Virus record (IMG/VR): IMGVR_UViG_3300031885_000005
Span: 13,568 to 77,567 of that record
Origin: a virus
Length of the DNA stretch: 64,000 bases
Direction: 5' to 3' (one strand)
Part shown: piece by piece, positions 50,957 to 61,005 of the stretch
How positions within the stretch are numbered: position 1 is the stretch's first letter
Layout of the letters: each line of letters opens with the position of its first letter
The notes under the pieces: generated by a model
What the model was told of the DNA's origin: nothing
The model's input: only the letters and a program-made list of their open reading frames with translations
Databases searched by the model: none
Made by a program: the position numbers and the translations under genes

Positions 50957-51361
50957 CTATAATGGTCTCGGAGTTACTTTTGGTTTTTGCCCTGTAATTA
51001 TAAATGGTCTATCTTCTTTTTTATTTTTCAAAACTTCATAAAGATACCCCATTACATTAAAAAGCAATGCACAGATAGCTTCATCTATCGTTATTTCTTC
51101 ATTTCTTTGTTTATCAAATCTTTTATAACCACGATGAATTGCCCAAACATCTAAAAAATGTCTCCACATTGATTTAATGTAAACATCTTTAGGGATTCCG
51201 AATTGCCAATTATCTGATGCTCGTAAACTACCGTCAGATTGAATTCTATGTTTAGTCATATAAATGCCATAACGTTCAATTACTAAAGGGGAAAGGAAAC
51301 CTTCATAATCGGATTTTGTAGTATCATCGTCTCTGGTAGCTCCTGTTTTAAATTCTCTCAT
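50957..51361 (-). CDS. dATP/dGTP diphosphohydrolase-like (DUF5664) protein
   Basis: REFKTGATRD...K.DY...DNWQ.GIP...SMWRH...ALLFNVMG. Confidence 0.7.
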   Translation of the reverse strand: MREFKTGATRDDDTTKSDYEGFLSPLVIERYGIYMTKHRIQSDGSLRASDNWQFGIPKDVYIKSMWRHFLDVWAIHRGYKRFDKQRNEEITIDEAICALLFNVMGYLYEVLKNKKEDRPFIITGQKPKVTPRPL

Positions 51362-51690
51362 TTTAATATTCCTCCACAAAGGTTTCATACCATAATTTAT
51401 AAACATGAATAATAGTATTCAATCCTTCGTCAATCATTTTAAGTAAAACAACAATTACTCCTAAAATAATATAAATAGGTATCGAAAATATAATTGCAAT
51501 CATTTTTATAAATCTTCTAAATATATTATTCATTATTTCTTCTCTTTTATTTGAATATTGGCAATATGATAATGACAATTTTTACATATCAAATAATAAT
51601 CATAATTACCTGGAACTCCTATCCATCCTGGATAACCTTCTATTTGATGATAACCTAATTTGCATAATAAATTTCTAATTAATTTTAACA

Positions 51691-53310
51691 TTATTTCTTT
51701 TCCTCTATTTTTTCTTCTTTTGGTTCTCTTAATTTATACTTTTCTTTAATATATTTAACACAATCAAAAACACTATAAAATATCTCGCCTCCAGAATCTA
51801 TAGTTTCGTCTATCAATGTAGAATTACATTCAGTTTTGGGATGGTCAGGCAAAATCAAATAAACAGGAATGTTAAATAAATAACAAGTATGTATTTCATT
51901 TAATGTTCCTACTGTTCTAATCTCTTTAGGATAATAAGCAATAATAAAATCGGAACGAACAGTTGCCTCGTAATCGCCCCAGAAACAATTACCAGTAATA
52001 AATGGAATTCCTTCTCTAAAAGCAATCCACGTACCATTTTTTGTAGTTGGACACCATATTTTACCTGTATACTTTTCTTTTTTATCAAAAGTAAACGATG
52101 CAACTTTATTTTGCAATAAATTCAAATTATATTTTTGTTTGCCATATCCTGATAACATTTTGGTTAATCTAAACATAATCCCCGATTCCAAAAATAATCT
52201 TATAAAATCATTTTTTAATAAACTTTTTTCTCCGAAATATAATACTTTTTCATTTTTTCTTTCTCGTCCATCTCCCTTCAAATATTCAGATATAAATATT
52301 TTTTTCTGATTCATCGAAGATTTATAAAGCCAAACAGGAATTGTTTTTTTATATTCTTTATTATTTATTTCTAATAAATCGAATATATACTGCCTTGAAT
52401 TTGAAAGAATTCTAAATATTATCATCTTTTTATTAATATCTTCTTTAAATTGTATTTTTAAATTCTTTAATATTTCTCTGATTTCTTGGCAAAAAATACT
52501 GTCGTTAGATTGACATATATAAACTGTGCAACCTCCAAATTTTTTATATGGATTTTTCCAACTTTTTTCTAAATGAATACTTCCCTCTGATAAAATCCAC
52601 GATATTAATTTTACTTCTTCATTAGAATGAACCAATTTTCCATCTTGTCCACTCCAAATAGGTAAATTAATTTTTCTACCAACCTTATATAAATCTTTTA
52701 TTTTACTTTCTTTTATGTTACAATTTTGCTCATGCCATATATATATCATGTTATGATTTGGAGAAAAATAAAACTTTTTATTTTTCCTGTGCATACAATA
52801 TATATCCCCAGCATAATTTTCTACATATAATTTTTCAATTTCTTGAAATTCTATCTGCCTTGTTTCTTTATTAAAGGTAGCAATTTTGTCTCCTATATTT
52901 AAATCATTATAATATTTTATACTTCCATTTTCTGCAATTGCTTGAGTTGTTTCATCTACACAAAAATCAGTTAAATAATTTCCTTCCAATCTTGCCTTTT
53001 CATAAAGATAAATAAGTAATCTTATTTTATCTAATTTTTTAATGTCTATTTTACCCCACCAAATCTTGCGCATTTCTTCAAAGAAAATATCCCAATGACC
53101 CCCTTGTTTGAGTCCTGTAATGTATTCTACTTGTTTTCCTGATTCTTTGCCTACTTTATTAGATTCCTGTTCAACAGGGTCATAAATACCCAAATCAGGA
53201 CTTGTTAGTTTTTCGGCAATTTCTTTTCGCCAAGAAGTCATTTCTTTTTGAGAAGAAGATTCTATACTTCCAGCCAAATATGAAGTATATTTTAATCTTT
53301 TATTTTCCAT
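51691..53310 (-). CDS. Nucleoside 2-deoxyribosyltransferase/nucleotide N-glycosidase-like protein, intein-containing
   Basis: YLAGSI, WR, YDP, D...V.SDFIIAY, GTLNE. Confidence 0.8.
   Translation of the reverse strand: MENKRLKYTSYLAGSIESSSQKEMTSWRKEIAEKLTSPDLGIYDPVEQESNKVGKESGKQVEYITGLKQGGHWDIFFEEMRKIWWGKIDIKKLDKIRLLIYLYEKARLEGNYLTDFCVDETTQAIAENGSIKYYNDLNIGDKIATFNKETRQIEFQEIEKLYVENYAGDIYCMHRKNKKFYFSPNHNMIYIWHEQNCNIKESKIKDLYKVGRKINLPIWSGQDGKLVHSNEEVKLISWILSEGSIHLEKSWKNPYKKFGGCTVYICQSNDSIFCQEIREILKNLKIQFKEDINKKMIIFRILSNSRQYIFDLLEINNKEYKKTIPVWLYKSSMNQKKIFISEYLKGDGRERKNEKVLYFGEKSLLKNDFIRLFLESGIMFRLTKMLSGYGKQKYNLNLLQNKVASFTFDKKEKYTGKIWCPTTKNGTWIAFREGIPFITGNCFWGDYEATVRSDFIIAYYPKEIRTVGTLNEIHTCYLFNIPVYLILPDHPKTECNSTLIDETIDSGGEIFYSVFDCVKYIKEKYKLREPKEEKIEEKK
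51988..52962 (-). mobile_element. Intein (325 aa) with LAGLIDADG endonuclease in the NDT-like gene
   Basis: F|CVDETTQAI...SPNHNM...WILSEG...KGDG...IWCPTTKNG...ITGN|C. Confidence 0.92.
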
Positions 53311-54169
53311 TAATTATATCCTCTAAAAATCCTTGAATAATAGGAAGTTTTACTGATTTTCCTAAACTTGTTTCTGGGGATAAAGAATGATTTTCTCCCA
53401 AATCATAAATTGTACCGACCTGAACAGGAACCCCGATTAATTCCCCGTTTTTATTAAATAATCCTCCTCCCGAATTCCCGTAAGTGCAAGAATTGTCTGA
53501 AATATAAAATTCTCCAATCACATTACTTAAAATTCCTTTAGAAACAGTTCTTAACATTCCCAACGGATTTCCTACAGAATAAACTAAATCTCCTATTTTT
53601 GGATTAGTTTCTGCCACTTTTATTTCATTCAAATTATTATCATCATACGAAGTTTTTAGTAATGCCAAATCATTTCGTTCATCTGTTTTTACTATTTTTG
53701 CCCCATACGAAATCATTCCAGCGATTCTATCTGTATAATCTCTTCTACTATAACCTACGGTAACTCCTACATCAAATCCATATTTTGATAATTCATAATT
53801 TTCAGCAATTACATGATAAGCAGTAAGTATATACATTCCTTCATTTGTTTTCTTGACTATAGTTCCTGAACCCATACCTGCTAAACTTTGAACAAAAACA
53901 CTTCCATTAAGAATATGATTAACATCTACTTCTTTTATTTGATTTTTAATTTTATTTAAACTTCTTCCTAAATCTTGTACCAATCCCCTTGTTTCTATGT
54001 AATTATTTAATAAAACATTATTTCTTTCTGTTAAATAATCGATTTGACTTTGCAATCCTTCTGTAGTTAATCTGGTAATATATCTAAACTTTAATTCATC
54101 ACAAATTCCCAAAGTTAATCCTATAACAAATAAACTCATTAGAATTACTTTAACTAATCTTTTTAACAT
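53300..54169 (-). CDS. Trypsin-like serine protease with N-terminal TM/signal and coiled coil
   Basis: GSG, LTAYHV, DLALL, GNPLG, GNSGGGL. Confidence 0.9.
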   Translation of the reverse strand: MLKRLVKVILMSLFVIGLTLGICDELKFRYITRLTTEGLQSQIDYLTERNNVLLNNYIETRGLVQDLGRSLNKIKNQIKEVDVNHILNGSVFVQSLAGMGSGTIVKKTNEGMYILTAYHVIAENYELSKYGFDVGVTVGYSRRDYTDRIAGMISYGAKIVKTDERNDLALLKTSYDDNNLNEIKVAETNPKIGDLVYSVGNPLGMLRTVSKGILSNVIGEFYISDNSCTYGNSGGGLFNKNGELIGVPVQVGTIYDLGENHSLSPETSLGKSVKLPIIQGFLEDIINGK

Positions 54170-54405
54170 TTATTTCTCCTTTCCAAATTCAATATCAGTT
54201 CGTGGATTTATTTTTGATTCTTCTTTTAAAGCAAATTTATACAAACATTTCCAATTACAAAAATGATAGTGGGTATCTCCAATAGTCAATGTAAATATAT
54301 CAAAATATAAAGTTCTTATCGTTTCTGGTAAAGTTTTTGAACATTCATCGCATTTTATTCCAACCAATTCTCTTGTTTTTTTAATTATTCTTTTCCAAAT
54401 TTCCA

Positions 54406-55155
54406 TTATTTTATCTCCTTGAAATTTTTTAAAATTGAATTCAATAACATTAATCCCCCAATTATTTGTTGGTCTTCTGGTATCTTTTCTGGAATTTCTA
54501 TACATAAGGAATAATTGGCTCCTTTTTGAAACATAGAATCGTCCATACTTCCATCTTTAATTGGCTGAATAACAACCCCATTCACGCATTTTTCATAATA
54601 AACCGTTCCTGCTTCGAGTATTGGGATTTTATTCTTTCTTAATTCTTTTAAACTAATTTCAGTTAAACTTTTTGTATTGGGTCTTTTGCGTTCATAAACA
54701 TAAAAGCCATTCTTATCGTCAGTATGAATATCGATAAATAAATCAATTCTTTGTGGAATTGCTTCTTTGATTAATTTTGCTTCTGCGGTTAAATTATTTT
54801 CGTCTTTTTGATTAAAACCATTATTGCCATATTGCCCTTTTCCATTTTTCCTTCGATTATAAACATATCCCGAAGGATTAATTACTGGGAAAAAAATAAA
54901 ATTATAATATCCTAATAGTTCTCTATTAAATTCCGCAATAAATTTTAACATTATTCTTATACCTATTACTTCAGTACCATGTGCACCAGAATTAATAACA
55001 ACATTATATTTTGCTAATTTAGAATGACTATGCAAAGAAATAAAAGGATAACTTTGGTCATAATTAATAATACCTAATATTTCTGTATCAAAAGGATGTT
55101 GAATATTGATAAGTTCATTTACTAATCGCAAATAATTACGAGTTGGTTTTTTCAT
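54406..55155 (-). CDS. M14 zinc carboxypeptidase / AstE-AspA-like hydrolase
   Basis: SGAHGTE, INPSG...RKN, IDIH, IEIP. Confidence 0.8.
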   Translation of the reverse strand: MKKPTRNYLRLVNELINIQHPFDTEILGIINYDQSYPFISLHSHSKLAKYNVVINSGAHGTEVIGIRIMLKFIAEFNRELLGYYNFIFFPVINPSGYVYNRRKNGKGQYGNNGFNQKDENNLTAEAKLIKEAIPQRIDLFIDIHTDDKNGFYVYERKRPNTKSLTEISLKELRKNKIPILEAGTVYYEKCVNGVVIQPIKDGSMDDSMFQKGANYSLCIEIPEKIPEDQQIIGGLMLLNSILKNFKEIK

Positions 55156-55871
55156 TCTCTCTCCAAACAATCCTTAATGAATGTTAAAGTAAATAGAATC
55201 TGTTCTTTTAATTTTTTATAAGAAAGAGTGCTATCGTAAAGACGAAATTCCAAAGTTCCATAATCTCCTTCTTTGAGATGACTTACATTTAATGCCCTAT
55301 ACTTTTCGTCTAAAAGACCATTATATCCAGTATAAGACCATTCTTGGGTTTGCCTTCTGAAATTATATATTTGTTTTGCTGTTAATTTATTTAATTTTTC
55401 TTTCGGGAGTAATTGACAAGTATCTGCTAACCTGTCAGGATGGACTTCAAATCGTTTCACAATATATCTCTGTTTAATAATGAATTCCTTTATTATTTCT
55501 AATATTTGTTTATCAGTTAAATTTTTAACATTTACATGAATATGCAATCCACATGTTTTACCTATTTTTGCTCTATGTACTCGCAAAAGAGCTAATATTT
55601 CTTTAAGTTGGAGTAAAGTTTCTTCATTATAATAAAGTTTGTTACTATCTTTTGGTTTTATTTCCAAACCATTTTCTAAACTTCCATCAAAATCTGTCCA
55701 CCAGCCTCGTAATGTTCTATTTCTCTCAATAAGTTTTTGGCTATCCTTACTCATTGGTAATTCCACTTCAATCTCTGGAGCAAATCTTATCTTGGAACTA
55801 TCTACCAATTTAATCTTATCTTTATTTTGTTTTCTTTTCATTTTATTAAATGCATACTCATCGCAATCCAA
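55152..55871 (-). CDS. Putative amidoligase (COOH-NH2 ligase, Amidoligase_2-like)
   Basis: EIEVE, DGSL, LEI, TCGLHIHV, KYRALN, TLEFR. Confidence 0.85.
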   Translation of the reverse strand: MDCDEYAFNKMKRKQNKDKIKLVDSSKIRFAPEIEVELPMSKDSQKLIERNRTLRGWWTDFDGSLENGLEIKPKDSNKLYYNEETLLQLKEILALLRVHRAKIGKTCGLHIHVNVKNLTDKQILEIIKEFIIKQRYIVKRFEVHPDRLADTCQLLPKEKLNKLTAKQIYNFRRQTQEWSYTGYNGLLDEKYRALNVSHLKEGDYGTLEFRLYDSTLSYKKLKEQILFTLTFIKDCLERE

Positions 55872-56092
55872 TTTCCTATTCCCGACGAAAGTGCATAAAA
55901 TAATAATAATTTAATAGAATCCTTTTCGTCTTTAGCAATTTTATTAATTATTAAAAGATAAATCGTCATATAACTAAACATCAAAATGCTTGATGCAATA
56001 ATCATGTATCTATTAACCGCAAGTAAATATAAAGTATATCCAAATTGTTCTATTAATCCTGCAAAAAATATAATTGCGATTTTCTTAATCAT
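55838..56092 (-). CDS. Small 3-TM membrane protein
   Basis: Hydrophobic segments; YALSSGIGNW. Confidence 0.55.
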   Translation of the reverse strand: MIKKIAIIFFAGLIEQFGYTLYLLAVNRYMIIASSILMFSYMTIYLLIINKIAKDEKDSIKLLLFYALSSGIGNWIAMSMHLIK

Positions 56093-56438
56093 TTTCTTTT
56101 AATTTTCTCGCTAATTTTATAATTAAGTGGTCAGCGATTTGTAAATCTTTTAAAATAATTTCAAATTTTTTCCTAACTTCTTTTAAATTATGACGGTCTT
56201 CAATTTCTTTAATAGTTCCAATCATTTCTTTTAATTGTAAATAAACTATTGACATTTTTTCTACATCTTCCGCTAACTCTACATAATGAGGATTAGTAGA
56301 ATTATAGGGGATTCCTAATTCTTTGCAGATTGAATCTATTGTAAGAGAAATTTTTTCGGCTTTCATTTTATTCTCCAAAAATTATAAATAATGTTAATCC
56401 TATTAATGCTAAAATATCAACTATTCCCATTAATTCTG

Positions 56439-56798
56439 TCATTCTACATCCGAATTTTCAAGTATTTTTTTATCTTCATACTTTGCAATTTGTTCATTAT
56501 AACTTGCACAAATATCTATAAGATAATCTGCATCAATGTTTAATCTTCTGTTAATTTCAACATAACATCTTAGCAAAGCACCTGTTAAATCATTATAACG
56601 CTGATAATTCGGTTTATCTCCTAAAAATTGTTGTACAAATGAATTAATTGTATAATAAACTCTTTCAGATTTTAAGCCTTCAATACATTGATGTTTAACA
56701 TAATAAAAAATCTGATAATTTAATTCCCCCGCTGTTAATGCAGGTTCTCCTGCTCTTAATTTCTCTCTGCGGTCATCTTTTGCTGAAATGTAGGGCAA
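56439..56798 (-). CDS. DUF6899-like phage protein
   Basis: MPYI...R...GELNY...Y..YN...GAL...E..RR...YEDKK...NSDV. Confidence 0.7.
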   Translation of the reverse strand: MPYISAKDDRREKLRAGEPALTAGELNYQIFYYVKHQCIEGLKSERVYYTINSFVQQFLGDKPNYQRYNDLTGALLRCYVEINRRLNIDADYLIDICASYNEQIAKYEDKKILENSDVE

Positions 56799-57340
56799 TT
56801 TATCCTCCTATCTCTTTCGTCAAATCATCTGCAAATTGCTGTAAAGTTTTATCGTCTGCACCCATATTTAGAAAAAATCTTCTAATTACTTGTCTACTCA
56901 TTCCTAATTTCCGCATCCTATCCTTCGAGTAACGTAGGAGTTTAATCATCCCCCTAATTTGTTTTTTTATTTCTTCTTGCTTTTTAAATTCGGCTTTTCG
57001 CTTCTGATAATTTGGGTCTAAAACTTGAAATAATCCCTTATATAATTGAAAAAGAAATTTCCCATAAGTAACAACTTGTTTAATTATAAATTTAATATGC
57101 TCATTTAAGGGCTTTTTCTTTTTAAGTTCAATTAAAATATATTTGAAAAATTGAATGTGAGCATTAATTAGGCGATTCATTTATTTTCTCCCTTTTTGAA
57201 ATATATGGTTCATAATATAAATAACCATAAAATCGAATTGATTTTTTGAATATAATTTGTTAAAACCTAATTCATTAAAAAATTTAATTAATTCTTTACT
57301 TTTTTTATATTCTAAAATATTTTTTAATTTTTTCATTTTA

Positions 57341-58057
57341 TTAAAATTTTATAGTAAATTTCATTAACCATCTTTCAAAAAAACCTCGTTCACCTTTCTT
57401 AAATCCTGTTCCGACACTTAATCCAATTGCCGAATTATCTGTTAATTTATAGGAAATTCCAAAGGGATAAAATCCTGCATTAGTTAAACAAATATCTGTT
57501 ACCCATTTAAAATACTTCATATATCTTAATCCTATTCCACCTTCAATTCCTGAATTTGCATTACTAATTCCAAATCCACCAACTACGACTGGCTCAAGGA
57601 TAAATCCATAGGGGCGTAGATATTTTCTTAAACTATCCAAATCCTTTACTTTAATTTCTTTTAATACTGTTTTTTTATCACTATCTAAGACTTGCATACT
57701 TCCATCTTTTTGAATATGTAAATAATGTTCATTCAATCTTACATATTCTTCTTTGCCTCGCCAATCTAACATAACAGGTTTTCCCATTTGACCTCGATAC
57801 CAACCATAACCATAAATACAACTTATAATAACTCCTACAATAATTAATTTTCTTAAATTTAATAAAGAATGAATATCTTTAGCCCAACCAACAGAAGAAG
57901 TAACATTAAGCATACCAGAAGTAAATTTAGGAAGATTAAATTTTTCTACTGCAACTTCTTTGGTTTGGTTAATTATTTTTTGCCTTATTTTTACAAATAA
58001 ATATCCACCAATTAATCCGCCAAAAATCATCAATCCGTCTTTTAATAATTCAGTCAT
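57341..58057 (-). CDS. Membrane-anchored protein with C-terminal amphipathic beta-strands ending in Phe
   Basis: TMs at about aa 9-23 and 71-86; Gly/aromatic alternating strands; ends MKFTIKF. Confidence 0.55.
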   Translation of the reverse strand: MTELLKDGLMIFGGLIGGYLFVKIRQKIINQTKEVAVEKFNLPKFTSGMLNVTSSVGWAKDIHSLLNLRKLIIVGVIISCIYGYGWYRGQMGKPVMLDWRGKEEYVRLNEHYLHIQKDGSMQVLDSDKKTVLKEIKVKDLDSLRKYLRPYGFILEPVVVGGFGISNANSGIEGGIGLRYMKYFKWVTDICLTNAGFYPFGISYKLTDNSAIGLSVGTGFKKGERGFFERWLMKFTIKF

Positions 58058-58744
58058 TTATTTCTCCTTCTCAAATAAATTAATATTCCTATACAAACTA
58101 AACAAATTAAAATTTCATATAATTTCATTTATTAATCCTTTGGTTTAGTGATTTTTTCTAAATAATAATCTAATTCCTTTAATGGTTTTCTTTTTGTAGG
58201 CAATTTAGTATTTGGATTTGTGATTTCTTTTTCTCTAAATTTTAAAAGATTATTATACCATTTAGTAATCTTATTTACTTTATTTTGATAGCAAGAAGAA
58301 CTACGTTTTTTGATTGGGGTGTTTCTATTTGGCATTTTCTATTTCCTCTTTATGTATCAATTCCATTGTTCTTTCTAAATTTCCAATACCTACAAATTCA
58401 TTATCGCAAAAAATAAATTCTATTTCAGAAATCTTCGTTAATTCTTGCATTGATTCTTCTAATTTACAAATTTCTTTCCAATATCGTTCTTCTATAAGTT
58501 TATATGTTAATAAAAATGGTTTTAATCGTTTAATTAATTTTTTAGTTTTTGGATACTTATACTTTTTTCTCATTTTTTATTTAAATAAAAAATATAATAT
58601 AATCAACATACTTCCTATTAATAAACTACCGTTAGCAAACCCCATAGAATATTGTGTTCCTGTAATTTGCATAATACTTATTATTATAAAAATAATTCCT
58701 ATTATCAATAAAAAAATCATTTAATCTCCTTTAATTTAAAAGTT

Positions 58745-58825
58745 GAGGCGTAGAGAATTATCTCTTGGCTTATTAACCCCATCTTTAACATTATTTTTGG
58801 TAAGATAATTGAACATCTACGCCTC
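58745..58825. other. Intergenic long stem-loop
   Basis: GAGGCGTAGA/TCTACGCCTC (10 bp) and AATTATCT/AGATAATT (8 bp). Confidence 0.6.
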
Positions 58826-58829
58826 GAAT

Positions 58830-59936
58830 TTATTTCTTTTCTCCTAAATCCACAAAATAAATAAATGTAGTTACTCTTTGCTCATTTATACCAAAAATTA
58901 TCTGAATGGGTTCTGAATGTTTTGCCATAGAATCCGATAAACTATCTCCCCCAACAGTAGAACCTCCTCTTATGACTCTAACATTATCACAATCACTAAT
59001 AGCTGCATGATGATAATGCCCATAAATGATACCTTCTACGCCATATTGTCTCGCCCATTCGTTAATTTTTACACGACCAGCAGGAGAATCAACTTGTTCT
59101 GGGCAAATATGTCGCATCATAAACTTATGTCCTCTAATATCAAATACAATGTGTTCTGTTTCTGCAAATTTAATCTGTAATTTGGGATTTTTTAAAACCA
59201 ATTTACTCCAAAAATCTAAAATTTCATAAGTCATTAAATCCCAATTACTTGCAACTTCGGTATCTTTTGCTGTTCTGCCATGATTACCCCTAATCCCTAT
59301 TACTCGAACTGATAAATTTCTCTTCAATAGAGAAGTTATTAATTTTGTAAGAACATCAATAACAAGCATAACTTGAGCAGGGGGAGCTGCATCTTGCTCA
59401 AATGCTTGGGTCGGATAAATATTTTCACCATTACATAAATCTCCATTCAATAATAGGACTACATCACGAATGGGAACCCCTTTACTAATATTATTATCCA
59501 ATAATTTCAGAATTTGTTCACATAAACGATTAATTCTTTTCCTGAAAATTTCTTCATTATAAATTATTTCTCCTTCTTGATTTTTGACGGTTTTTCCTGC
59601 ATGAAAATCTGCAAGATGTATACAAAGAGTATCTCCTTTAATATCTACTTTACTTTGAGTAGATGCTTTATAAGGTTCTACATTTGCCAATTCTTCTTTT
59701 AAAGTTTGAATAATAAGTGCGGATAAATTAACTTTTTTTTGTTTTGGTTCTTTTTTCTCTGCTCTTTCGGTAAGTTTAATATAACACTCCCTACATCTTG
59801 ATATACCAGAACCTATGTGTTTATTGCAATCAACGCATCTATTTTTAATTTCTTTTTCTCTCATTTTTTCATAACATCTTCTGCATCTTTTTGCTCTTTT
59901 ATCAATCACTTCACCACAATCGAGGCATTTATTCAT
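58830..59936 (-). CDS. Metallophosphoesterase with two N-terminal Zn-finger repeats
   Basis: CLDC...CRRC, CVDC...CREC; ADFH, NGD, GNHG, GHYH. Confidence 0.8.
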   Translation of the reverse strand: MNKCLDCGEVIDKRAKRCRRCYEKMREKEIKNRCVDCNKHIGSGISRCRECYIKLTERAEKKEPKQKKVNLSALIIQTLKEELANVEPYKASTQSKVDIKGDTLCIHLADFHAGKTVKNQEGEIIYNEEIFRKRINRLCEQILKLLDNNISKGVPIRDVVLLLNGDLCNGENIYPTQAFEQDAAPPAQVMLVIDVLTKLITSLLKRNLSVRVIGIRGNHGRTAKDTEVASNWDLMTYEILDFWSKLVLKNPKLQIKFAETEHIVFDIRGHKFMMRHICPEQVDSPAGRVKINEWARQYGVEGIIYGHYHHAAISDCDNVRVIRGGSTVGGDSLSDSMAKHSEPIQIIFGINEQRVTTFIYFVDLGEKK

Positions 59937-59945
59937 TTTTATCTC

Positions 59946-60231
59946 CTACTTAATTGGTTGCAAATTAAATTTCTGTAATTTAATTTTTAATTTATTTATA
60001 TTTTCAAGTTCATGTTCCCAGACAATTAACACTTTATAACCATATTTATTATAAGTTTTAATTCTTTTTTTATCTTTTATTTGTGTGTTTCTATGCCAAT
60101 AATCGCCAAAAAGTTCAATTATTTTCTTTTGACCATTTATATTAACAAAATCAGGATTAAATCCATTTATAACAAAAGAACCATCTCCCACATTTGCAAT
60201 GTTTATTCTTAGAATAATGATATTTTTTCAT
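59946..60231 (-). pseudogene. Internally deleted Vsr/DUF559-type homing endonuclease
   Basis: N-terminal MKKYHYSKNKHCKCG joined out of frame to VGDGSF..PDF...IELFGDYWH...IVWEHE. Confidence 0.65.
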
Positions 60232-60693
60232 TTTGAAAAAGGATGTAAATATAAAAATAGATATAAAAATACCAAAGATAAATTTAAACCAACTCCATAA
60301 TCCCATTGTTTTTCTACAAACCCAATGAAAGTCAACCCCCCAAAAGAAGAAATAGCAATAATCTGCAAAATAAATTTGATTTGATTTATCATTTTGTTTC
60401 TCTTATTTCCAAAATATTCTCAATATCATAAATTAAATAATCGCCAGAGGAAACTTGTTGTATTACTATAAAATAATGATGCCCACAACATTTATTTCCA
60501 ATTACTATTATTTCTCTCATATAACCTTTTGTTCCTACAATAGTAGTAGCACTATATCCTCCAGAAAAATAAGGCAAAATTAAAACTACTTTATTAATAT
60601 ATTTTTTTGCTTCTTCATAGGTAACCATAGCATAACAATTAATAAAGAAAAATAAAGTAAATAATATAATTGTTATAATTAAAAATATTTTTT

Positions 60694-60897
60694 TCATTTT
60701 TCATCTCCAAATAAATCAGGAAATAATTTCCTAATCCCCACTCCATAAATTTCTGCCAATTTAACAAGTTGTTCATTAGTGGGTATTATTTTTCCTGTTT
60801 CCCATTTACTTATTAAGGTATCTGTAACTCCCAATATTTTTGCCACATCGAATTGGGTCATTCGTAAATTTTTTCTATAAACTGCGAGAAAATTCAT
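60694..60897 (-). CDS. XRE-family HTH regulator
   Basis: MTQFDVAKILGV....ISKWETG...P. Confidence 0.9.
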   Translation of the reverse strand: MNFLAVYRKNLRMTQFDVAKILGVTDTLISKWETGKIIPTNEQLVKLAEIYGVGIRKLFPDLFGDEK

Positions 60898-60949
60898 TTC
60901 ACTCCTTCAATAAATCTTATTTGAATGATTTTGAATATAAAAAAATTCT

Positions 60950-61005
60950 TCATCTTTAACCTCATCTTTAATCATCTAAGCCCTTTTGGGGTCTTTGTCA
61001 TCTTT
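60950..61005. repeat. Short direct repeats TCATCTTT(AA) upstream of the XRE gene; possible operators
   Basis: Copies at 60950, 60962, 60972 (partial) and 60998. Confidence 0.45.

Noticed and set aside
50957-51406. Z-genome (2-aminoadenine) biosynthesis cluster
   Set aside because: No PurZ homolog visible in the window; a DUF5664-like gene alone is insufficient
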